Below, piece after piece: positions 28,594 through 36,985 of a stretch of DNA of 64,000 nucleotides; within the stretch, counting starts at the first letter, position 1; every line of letters begins with the position of its first letter. The stretch comes from Roseibacillus sp. (GTDB lineage: Bacteria; Verrucomicrobiota; Verrucomicrobiia; Verrucomicrobiales; Akkermansiaceae). Below the pieces are notes generated by a model. The model made no database searches. It saw nothing but the letters and a program-made list of their open reading frames with translations, and was not told the DNA's origin. The DNA is taken from contig CBDEUM010000034.1 of assembly GCA_965242925.1 (NCBI GenBank), positions 160,001-224,000 of the forward strand. Direction: 5' to 3'. Made by a program: the position numbers and the translations under genes.

Positions 28594-29670
28594 ATGAAGC
28601 CTGCCGGATCCCTTTTCTTCCTCCTGCTCCTCCAGATCTCCTTGAGCCAGTCCCTCTCCGCCGCACCAGCGACTGCCACCCTCACGGCAGTCAACGAAGC
28701 GAACTTCAACCGGATCACCATCGAATTCGAACCGCCAGTCCTCCCTAACGGTTCGGATACTTCAATACTGTCTGGCAACCTTGAGGTCCTGCTTGAGATA
28801 GATCCAGTGACCGACCAGGTCTCCGAGATGACGATTGTCGATGGGAGCTTTCAGGGATCGGCGATCGAAATGTCAGGGAGCACCTTCTTCATTGGCAGCT
28901 ATGACCTGGAAAGCTCTACCCTCGAAATGACCCTTGCCACGCCCAATCCTCCTGGAATTGTGGACCCAGTCACCGGGGAATTCGACTCTGCCCAACACAG
29001 CTTCACCGTGGTCAGCGGCGACCTGAGCGGGGACTTCACGCTCTTGGGAACCACAAGCGAGATTCTCTTTAATTTCTCCGACACTCCCATCGGCGGGACG
29101 GGAATCGGAGCCGGCACCGTGACCCTCGTCCCGACCGGAACTACCCCCACCAGTAAGAGCTATAATGTGGAGGTGCTCCTGCCCATCGCCGTCAACGAGG
29201 TCTTCGAGGCCGAGGGTTTTGAGATCCCGATCGGCGCCAACGGGATCGCCAAGCTTGTTGGTCCTGCCACCATCGAAATCGAACCGGAGGACCCCTTTGT
29301 CGCCTGGACAGAACAGAATGGCATCGCTGGGGCGACTCAACTGGAAGACGCAAACGGTGATGGAGTCCCCAACGGCCTGCAGTGGGCCCTGGGTCTCGAC
29401 GCCTCAGACTCCCCCTTCCCTCACCTTCTCAGGCCGGACGGCACGACTGCATCGACCGTTGATTTCAGCCTCACTCTCCCGGACGGCGGAACGGCCGCTC
29501 CCCTCACGGTCGTAACCGCTACCGACCCTGAGTTGCCCTTCAGCATACTGGGCACCGCAGCGATCAGCAGTGGCAACCCGATCCCCCAGGGCACGACCGG
29601 TTCCATTTCCATCGCCCTGCCGAGGGGAGATCGCGGTTTCGTCCAACTGATAGTGGGCGCCGCAAACTGA
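28594..29670 (+). CDS. secreted beta-rich protein with Verrucomicrobia-type C-terminal module
   Basis: Signal peptide; C-terminal FVAW...[16 protein letters not shown]...RGFVQLIV. Confidence 0.7.
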   Translation: MKPAGSLFFLLLLQISLSQSLSAAPATATLTAVNEANFNRITIEFEPPVLPNGSDTSILSGNLEVLLEIDPVTDQVSEMTIVDGSFQGSAIEMSGSTFFIGSYDLESSTLEMTLATPNPPGIVDPVTGEFDSAQHSFTVVSGDLSGDFTLLGTTSEILFNFSDTPIGGTGIGAGTVTLVPTGTTPTSKSYNVEVLLPIAVNEVFEAEGFEIPIGANGIAKLVGPATIEIEPEDPFVAWTEQNGIAGATQLEDANGDGVPNGLQWALGLDASDSPFPHLLRPDGTTASTVDFSLTLPDGGTAAPLTVVTATDPELPFSILGTAAISSGNPIPQGTTGSISIALPRGDRGFVQLIVGAAN

Positions 29671-29687
29671 GAATCCGGATCCTGGTA

Positions 29688-32011
29688 TCAGGCGGGAGCA
29701 CCAACCGGTTCCGGTAAGGGGCCGTCATCCTCGACGTCGTCCTCCCCCTTCTTGCTGGAAGCGGCGGGGGCACTATCGGAAGGCAACTCGGGCGGCTTGG
29801 GAGTCTGGGGCGGTTCTTCATCTCGCCATGCTCGATGAGATCACGAATTTGATCCCCGCTGAGTGTCTCATACTCGAGAAGCGCCTCGGCGATCAGTTCA
29901 AGTTTGTCCCGCTTCTCGGTGAGAATCCGCTTCGCGTCGGCGTAGGCACGATCGATGATACGCTTGATCTCGGCATCGATCTTCTTCGCGGTCTCTTCAG
30001 AGTAGTTCTTTGCCTTTGCGATATCCCGGGCCAGGAAGACCTCGTCCCGGGACTCCCCGTATTCCACCATCCCGAGCTCCTCACTCATTCCCCACTCGCA
30101 CACCATGCGGCGGGCCAGGGTGGTCGCCTGACGAATGTCGCCGGATGCGCCATTGGTCACGTCCCCGAAAACGATCTCCTCCGCGACCCGTCCTCCCATC
30201 GTGACGATGAGCTGCTCCTGGCCCTCGATCCTGTGAACCTGAAACTTGTCCTCCTCGGGTAGGTGAAAAGCCGCTCCGAGGTACGGTCCCCGCGGGATGA
30301 TGGTGACCTTGTGCAGCTGGTCAGTATGTTCAAGGGTGGCGAGGAGAAGGGCGTGACCCGCTTCGTGATAGGCCGTCAATTTCTTCTCTTTCTCGCTGAG
30401 CGCAAGGCTGCGGCGCTCCCGTCCCCAGCGCACCTTGTCACGGGCTTCCTCAAGCTCAGGCAGGGTGACCGCATTGAGATCCTTGCTCGCCGCTAACAGG
30501 GCCGCTTCATTGATGATGTTGGCCAGTTCCGCCCCGGAGAAGCCCGGTGTCCCGCGTGCCACCGTCCCCAGATTGGTTCCAGCCGCCAGCTTGATCTTCT
30601 TGGCATGCACCTTGAGGATCTGCTCCCGCCCCTTCACGTCAGGCAAGGAGACGGTTACCTGGCGATCAAAGCGCCCCGGGCGCAGGAGGGCGGGATCGAG
30701 CACGTCAGGCCGGTTCGTAGCGGCAATAATGATAACTCCCTCCTGAGTGTCAAACCCGTCCATTTCCACAAGGAGGGCATTAAGCGTCTGCTCCCGCTCG
30801 TCGTGACCACCCCCCAATCCGTGACCCCGGTGGCGACCAACGGCATCGATCTCGTCAATAAAGATAAGGCAGGGGGCCTGCTTCTTGCCCTGCTCGAACA
30901 TGTCCCGCACCCTGCTGGCACCCACCCCAACGAACATTTCCACAAAATCCGAACCACTGATAGTGAAGAACGGAACGCTGGCCTCTCCCGCAATGGCCCG
31001 GGCCAGCAGCGTTTTCCCTGTTCCGGGAGGCCCGATCATCAGGACGCCCTTGGGGATACTCGCACCCAGTTTCTGGAACTTACGAGGATCCTTGAGGAAA
31101 TCGACAATCTCCCAGAGTTCTTCCTTGGCCTCCTGGATGCCCGCCACATCCTTGAAGGTCACCTTGTTCCCCTCCATGTCCGTCATGCGCGCCTTGCTCT
31201 TGCCGAAGCTCATCGCTCCCCGCCCGGCCTGCTTCATCTGGTGGCGAAAAAGAAGGAAAAGCAGGACAATAAGGATCAGGATGGGCAGAAAACTGAGCAG
31301 GACCGTTCGCAGGTAGTTCGTCTCCGACCGGTAGGGCACCTTGCTGTTGAAAAGCATATTAAGCTCTTCCTGCATGGCCATGATGTTGACCGGAACACGG
31401 ATTTTCTCGGGTTTGAGTTCCCGGATCGCTTCAAACCCCATGGCCTCCCTCGGTTGACGGGTTCCCATCAGATAGGCGTCTCCTGTATTGGGGATGGCAG
31501 CAAGCCTGAGAGCATTCGCTTCCAGGAACACTTCGTCTCCCGCGACCCACTGCTCGAATTCAGCGAAGGTGCGGTCCTGATCCTCCAGTCCCGTGGCGTC
31601 CTCAGGCGGCACACTCTGCACGCGGGAGCCCAGCAATCTGGTCAACTTGGGACCGTCCAGATCAAGATTGATCCGGATCCGGAAAGACCGCGGCGACTCG
31701 TCCTTGCGGCGGATACTCGTGGGATTCTTGGTCCGGTAACCTACGATTTGGGCGTTGAACGAGGATTCATTGGTAACAACTTCGAGTGGATACTGCTTCA
31801 CTTCCTTGACGATCAACCCCTTCTCCAGATCGGACTTGAACTCGCTGAAGGAGATCGACTTGCCCTTGCCCTTCCCGGCGCCTGAGAGGGCTATGGTAAG
31901 GAGGCCCAGGGCAATCGCGAAGAGAAGGAGGACCCGCCAATTGAATCCACCCGATTCACTCGGTTTGCGGGGATCCTTGGGGCCGGGGTTCGGGGGGTGT
32001 TCGTCAGCCAT
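29688..32011 (-). CDS. ftsH: ATP-dependent zinc metalloprotease FtsH (apparent 1-nt frameshift near 29812 in the C-terminal tail)
   Basis: [38 protein letters not shown]; a plausible tail ending ...[11 protein letters not shown] (29688-90) lies in another frame. Confidence 0.95.
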
Positions 32012-32110
32012 GAAATTAAGGGGTATTAGTCGACAGGCGTGGCTCGGACCGGATGTGAAACTAAACCAATGACATCAAAAGAAAATTGAAATCTTCGGCA
32101 CATGAGGGAG

Positions 32111-32818
32111 TCAGGGCTGTGAACCGGCATCAATCACCTGCTGCAAACCCCGTGCCACCACCTCCACATGCCCGGAGTTGAGAGGATGAGGAACGATAAT
32201 TCCAAGGATCAGTGGCCCCTGGCGTGTATTGACGGGAACTACTTCCAGGACGAAATCAGGAGCCACCTTGATGTGCAAATTCCCAGCCGCCACTGTTCCG
32301 GCCTGCCGGTTGGCGGTATAGCAGGCCTGCGCCAGGGTTCTTGCCACCTGTCGCAACTTGCTCGATCGAACCTCGTCAATCAGAACGCCTCCCCCGCGAT
32401 CAAGCAGGAAAAACGACCTCGCCTGCACTGCCTCCCGGAGCCATGGACCGAAGGATCCGAGTCCGGGAATGAAGCGAGGAGTAGCAGGTGAAGATGGTGA
32501 CACTCCCACCGCCGCTACCGGCGTAACCTGGGTCAGTTCTGCTGCCTCACCCAGTTCCCCATGGGAATCCGCCTGGGGTTCAAGCATACCCCCTCGCTGC
32601 GCCAATTCCCGAGCCGCCGCCAGAGTGCGGCAGGCGTTCTCCTCACCGGGAGTATCTGGTTGCTGCGAGCCTGGCCGGGAAGAAGGCGAACCCTCCACCT
32701 CATAGCCGACAAAGTCGGCGCCGAAGGCGGTCTCTTCAGGATCAGGAGGCGAGGCGAGCAGCGCATCTGCCATACGCCGCAACTCGCGGGTATCCACCCA
32801 TGATTCAATCGGATCCAT
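32111..32818 (-). CDS. hypothetical protein with C-terminal Roadblock/LC7 (MglB-like) domain
   Basis: GAGGAGG RBS; C-terminal alpha-beta-beta-alpha-beta-beta-beta-alpha pattern with FFLLDRGG.VL; fold call by eye. Confidence 0.6.
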   Translation of the reverse strand: MDPIESWVDTRELRRMADALLASPPDPEETAFGADFVGYEVEGSPSSRPGSQQPDTPGEENACRTLAAARELAQRGGMLEPQADSHGELGEAAELTQVTPVAAVGVSPSSPATPRFIPGLGSFGPWLREAVQARSFFLLDRGGGVLIDEVRSSKLRQVARTLAQACYTANRQAGTVAAGNLHIKVAPDFVLEVVPVNTRQGPLILGIIVPHPLNSGHVEVVARGLQQVIDAGSQP

Positions 32819-32911
32819 GTGCCCTCCTCGGTTTCAAGAGTCGCATACAGTGATGCAAAATTCCCTCGCCCTTGCCAAAACTAATCGGCGAATTCTGGGA
32901 TGTTCTCAAAA

Positions 32912-33682
32912 CTATGCAGACACACCCAGCCGGCGCTCCACTTCGATTCGGAGATTGTCGAATACCCCCAGCATCGGGTCTCCCCCGTCCATCACCCCCG
33001 CCGGAACACCACGGGCACTGGCCTTGATGAAAAGATCATCGCGGGGGATCGCCGTCCGCATCACCATCTCCGGCGGAAGAATTGCCCGCAGCGCCTGCAC
33101 GGCATCCCGGCTCTCCGGGAGCCTGCTCTGCATCATGGTGAGCACTACTCCCAGAACTACTAGCTGAGGGTTGGCAATTCGCAGCCGGGTCAGGGCTTCC
33201 AGCATCTTGGGGACGGAGCGTATCCCCAACGGCTCAGCCTGCTGCGGGACCATGACCGCGTTGGCCGCAGACAGCACGTCGGCGGTGGCTCCAAAAAACC
33301 CGGCTGCGGTATCAACAATGCAGATCTCGACATCAAGGGAAGCCAGATCCCGCAGAAATGTGCGTAACCGGGGCAGGACGGCACCGGTCGCAGATCCATT
33401 CAGATCGTAGACACTGGCCTGTCCCGCCGGAACCAGGCTCAGAGTTTCGAGACGGGTCGGAACAATGAGATCAGCGGTGCGCACCGCCGAATCGTCCATA
33501 AAATCGTAAAAACCCGCTAAACTCCGACTCTGCCGGGTAAGGGACAATCCCACCGAACCCTGAGGATCGGAGTCCACAAGCACTGTGCGGCGACCGCTCC
33601 TGGCAAAAGCATGAGCCAAATTAATTGCGACCGTCGTCTTGCCGACTCCACCCTTCTGGCTCGAGATTCCGATCGTAATCAC
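32912..33682 (-). CDS. second ParA-family ATPase (orphan)
   Basis: SSQKGGVGKTT, DSDPQG, VDTAAG, PQQAEPL, IPRD. Confidence 0.9.
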   Translation of the reverse strand: MITIGISSQKGGVGKTTVAINLAHAFARSGRRTVLVDSDPQGSVGLSLTRQSRSLAGFYDFMDDSAVRTADLIVPTRLETLSLVPAGQASVYDLNGSATGAVLPRLRTFLRDLASLDVEICIVDTAAGFFGATADVLSAANAVMVPQQAEPLGIRSVPKMLEALTRLRIANPQLVVLGVVLTMMQSRLPESRDAVQALRAILPPEMVMRTAIPRDDLFIKASARGVPAGVMDGGDPMLGVFDNLRIEVERRLGVSA

Positions 33683-34037
33683 CAATGAGGACCTTGGGGG
33701 GGACTGTAACGCCCTCGCCCGGATGAAAAAGTCTTTTCTCCATCCGGCCGAAAGAGCAATTCTGCGAGCCATTATAAGAGCTCCTGCCCCTGCGCCAGCC
33801 CCGAATCTCCCGGGTTGACCCCCTCAGGGACCTCAGCCCTGAAATCCACTGCGGCGGGACCGGACCGACGAACGATTACGCTTCCCTGTCGCTATCGTTC
33901 ACAGTCAGACGCCCTCCGTGCCGCACTACTGTGTAAACACCAAACCGACTTGATCGTCCAAGAATGAATTCATTGGCCAAATCCGGGCATTTTGCTCCAC
34001 AATACGCATGCAAGCACAATACATGCCTTCCCGCTAT

Positions 34038-35366
34038 ATGAAGCCCATTAGCACCTTTCTCCTCCTGATCCTCGGCACCAACCTCCTGCTGGCAGACCGG
34101 ATTCACTTCAATGACGGCCGCCCTCCCAAGGAAGGGAAGGTGATGCTGGAAACTCCCGGCCTCCTGGAACTGAAGTGGGAGAAGCGCCCCGGCATCTTCC
34201 AGACCGACCGCTACCTCAAGACAAACATTGAACGGGTCGAGATAGACACCAAGGAAGATATCCAGTTCAGGAACATGGGAAAGTTGGTGCCGACCCCCGA
34301 CCGCCTGACTCCCGAGGACTACCAGAGACGAATCGCCAAGTGTAGGGCCTTCCTTGATATCTTTCCGAACGGAGCGCACGCCCCCAAGGCACAGATCATT
34401 CTGGAGAGCCTCCAGCAGGAATACAAAAAGGCGGCCGCCGGTGGACTCAAACTCGATAACAAATGGATCCAGCCTGAAGCGCGTGAGCGGGACGCCTACG
34501 CCATCGATGCCGGCATGGAATACTCCGATATGCTGGCCGCCAAGGACTCCTCCAATTTGATGATGACCATGCGGCATTTCGAGAAGATCAGCTCCGACTT
34601 TGCCGCCTCCGAGAACTATGCCAAGGCCCGTGAGGTTGCCATCGATACTCTGAAGACCTATGGTCCGATCCTGCAACGTCAGGTCGGTCAGGTGCAGTTC
34701 AAGAGACAGGACCGCGAACGTGCGCGAGCCACGCTTCCGGCCAATGTCCGCGCACAGAACAAAGCGGCGCAGGACAGGGCCGACGCCAATTACCTCAAAC
34801 GCGTCGGGCGCGAAACCAACGAACTCAAGACCAAGTGGCTTTCGCTGAACGAGTACCACAGTGACCCGATGCGCAAGGTCCTCAATAGTGTCAAAAACAC
34901 TCTCACAGCCCTTGAAAAGGAGGCCCCTGCCGAGAAGGAGAACTTCGCCGGCTCCCTCCACCGAGACGCCTGGGATGCTGCCCGGAGCGGTGATATTGAA
35001 ACCGGCGAAGAAATCCTCAAGCAACTCAAGTCCCTCAAGATCCCAGTTCGCTACCTTGAACGGCTGGAAGAGGCCCTCACTCCTCCCGAAGAGCCGGAAC
35101 CCGAGCCCGAGCCTGAACCCGAGCCGGAACCCGAGCCACAACCCGAGCCCGAGCCTGAACCAAAACCGGAACCGGAACCGGAACCGAAGCCCGACCCCAA
35201 GGATGGCCAAGATCCTGCCCCAAACACCGCTTCCCCTGTCGACGCCTCTCCGCAGGAAGCCAACCCGGAAGGAGGCTCTAAGACGCAGGTGGTTCTCGTC
35301 ATCGTGCTCATCCTGGTCATTCTCGGGGCGCTAGCCGCTGCATTGCTCGGCAAGAAAAAGAAGTAG
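34038..35366 (+). CDS. PTPDL-family-like exported protein with Pro-Glu stalk and C-terminal TM anchor
   Basis: Signal peptide, LVPTPDRL motif, (EP)n repeat, TM followed by KKKK. Confidence 0.7.
   Translation: MKPISTFLLLILGTNLLLADRIHFNDGRPPKEGKVMLETPGLLELKWEKRPGIFQTDRYLKTNIERVEIDTKEDIQFRNMGKLVPTPDRLTPEDYQRRIAKCRAFLDIFPNGAHAPKAQIILESLQQEYKKAAAGGLKLDNKWIQPEARERDAYAIDAGMEYSDMLAAKDSSNLMMTMRHFEKISSDFAASENYAKAREVAIDTLKTYGPILQRQVGQVQFKRQDRERARATLPANVRAQNKAAQDRADANYLKRVGRETNELKTKWLSLNEYHSDPMRKVLNSVKNTLTALEKEAPAEKENFAGSLHRDAWDAARSGDIETGEEILKQLKSLKIPVRYLERLEEALTPPEEPEPEPEPEPEPEPEPQPEPEPEPKPEPEPEPKPDPKDGQDPAPNTASPVDASPQEANPEGGSKTQVVLVIVLILVILGALAAALLGKKKK
35091..35201 (+). repeat. coding 6-nt tandem repeat encoding (Glu/Lys/Gln/Asp-Pro)n
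   Basis: GAGCCG/GAACCC/GAGCCC-type units, about 18 dipeptides. Confidence 0.9.
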
Positions 35367-35388
35367 GCTCCAAACCAGTATCCACAAC

Positions 35389-35985
35389 ATGTCGAAGAAT
35401 CCCCGCTCAGCGAGCCAGTCGCGGAAAACCGCCGAGACTGACGTCCACCTGAATCTCGATCTCGACGGAAGCGGCATTTCGAAGATCGAAACGGAGATCC
35501 CCTTTTTCGATCACATGCTCACCCTTTTTTCGCGGCACTCGCTGATTGATCTGGAACTCAAGGTCCGCGGTGATGTTGAAGTCGACTACCACCACACGGT
35601 CGAGGATAGTGGCATCGTGCTTGGCGAATGCCTCCGGGAAGCCCTTGGCGACAAGCAGGGCATCGCCCGATTCGGCCACGCCTACGTCCCCATGGACGAA
35701 ACCCTCTCACGGGTTGTGGTCGACCTCAGCAACCGGCCCTGCCTTGAATTCCGCACTCCGGGAGGCACCCCGGATGCACAGAACTTCCCCTTCAGCCTGG
35801 TGGAGGAATTCTTCCGCGCCTTCGCCTCCAACCTCCGCGCCAACATACACGTGGAAGTCTTTTACGGCCGCGACGGACACCACATTGCTGAAAGCACCTT
35901 CAAGTCGCTGGCGCGCGCCCTGCGGGCTGCGGCGAGCCGCGATTCCCGTGTGAAGGGCGTTCCCAGCACCAAGGAGACTCTCTAG
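35389..35985 (+). CDS. hisB: imidazoleglycerol-phosphate dehydratase
   Basis: FFDHML, DYHHTVED, PMDETL, HHIAE, VPSTK. Confidence 0.96.
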   Translation: MSKNPRSASQSRKTAETDVHLNLDLDGSGISKIETEIPFFDHMLTLFSRHSLIDLELKVRGDVEVDYHHTVEDSGIVLGECLREALGDKQGIARFGHAYVPMDETLSRVVVDLSNRPCLEFRTPGGTPDAQNFPFSLVEEFFRAFASNLRANIHVEVFYGRDGHHIAESTFKSLARALRAAASRDSRVKGVPSTKETL

Positions 35986-36026
35986 CGTCCGGACCACCGA
36001 GCACGCATACCTCTACTTCCCAGCTT

Positions 36027-36665
36027 TTGCCTCCTGAATCCCAGATCGGCGTCATCGACTACGGCGGCGGCAACATCCGCAGCCTCATCAGGGCCCTGGA
36101 AACCCTCGGCGCCCCCCCCCGACTCATCACCGCTCCGGAGCAGATGGATGATCTTGAGATTGTCTTTTTTCCCGGTCAGGGAGCCTTTGGGGACTGCATG
36201 ACCAAGCTCGACAACCTTGGACTCGTTAAACCACTGGTCGACTGGATCAAGGCTGACCGGCCGTTTTTTGGAATATGTATAGGATACCAGCTCCTCTTTG
36301 AAGGGAGCGAAGAGTCGCCCGGGGTCAGGGGCCTTTCCATATTCCAGGGGCAGGTAACCCGCTTTCCCCGAAGCGAACTGAAGGTTCCTCATATGGGATG
36401 GAACAGTGCAACTCTCATCGATTCGTCCAAGGCTCCGTGGACAGATCTCGGAGAGACTCCCTACTTCTACTACGTGCACTCTTACTTCCCCACCCCACTC
36501 GACTCCTCCCTGGTCGTGGCAGAAACGGAATACGGAGTCGCTTTTGCCGGCGCCATTCAACATGGCCGCCTGATCGCCACCCAGTTCCACCCGGAGAAGA
36601 GTCAAAGAACGGGCATGAAATTCATCAGGAACTTCCTGAAAATCCACGCCTCTGCAGCCTCTTAA
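36027..36665 (+). CDS. hisH: imidazole glycerol phosphate synthase glutaminase subunit
   Basis: IDYGGGN, PGQGAF, GICIG, VPHMGWN, YYVHSY, QFHPEKS. Confidence 0.96.
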   Translation: MPPESQIGVIDYGGGNIRSLIRALETLGAPPRLITAPEQMDDLEIVFFPGQGAFGDCMTKLDNLGLVKPLVDWIKADRPFFGICIGYQLLFEGSEESPGVRGLSIFQGQVTRFPRSELKVPHMGWNSATLIDSSKAPWTDLGETPYFYYVHSYFPTPLDSSLVVAETEYGVAFAGAIQHGRLIATQFHPEKSQRTGMKFIRNFLKIHASAAS

Positions 36666-36839
36666 AAACGGTAACGGCCTGGTCTCCACTCATCCCTTGC
36701 CCCCGGGATCCGGTACCGTGGACCCTCTCCTCAGATCCCGCATTACAATGACAGATGGCTATAATAATAGCGGCAATCAACGGACAGGGAACTGACAAGC
36801 AGGACGACTCGCTTCAGTGATCTTCGTGGGTGTTGCGTA

Positions 36840-36875
36840 TTTTTTAACGCTCAATCCTTTTTTAACGCTCAATCC
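36840..36875. repeat. perfect 18-bp tandem duplication
   Basis: TTTTTTAACGCTCAATCC twice (36840-57, 36858-75). Confidence 0.9.
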
Positions 36876-36985
36876 TTGGGGAAGAAAAGGGGGGATTCGA
36901 CCGGGGTTTCTCTGCGGAGTCAAAAGGGTCATTGCGCAGGTATCTCATAATGACAAAGCATTCCCACCCTCCTAAACTCATTCTC

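Noticed and set aside
35091..35201. CRISPR-like or non-coding repeat
   Set aside because: A coding 6-nt Pro-Glu repeat with synonymous variation; no spacers
33876..35210. 444-aa antisense ORF (also 30605-31885, 27316-28533, 7152-8351, 9070-10137, 58044-59117)
   Set aside because: Shadow ORFs opposite well-supported genes in GC-rich DNA; no recognisable motifs
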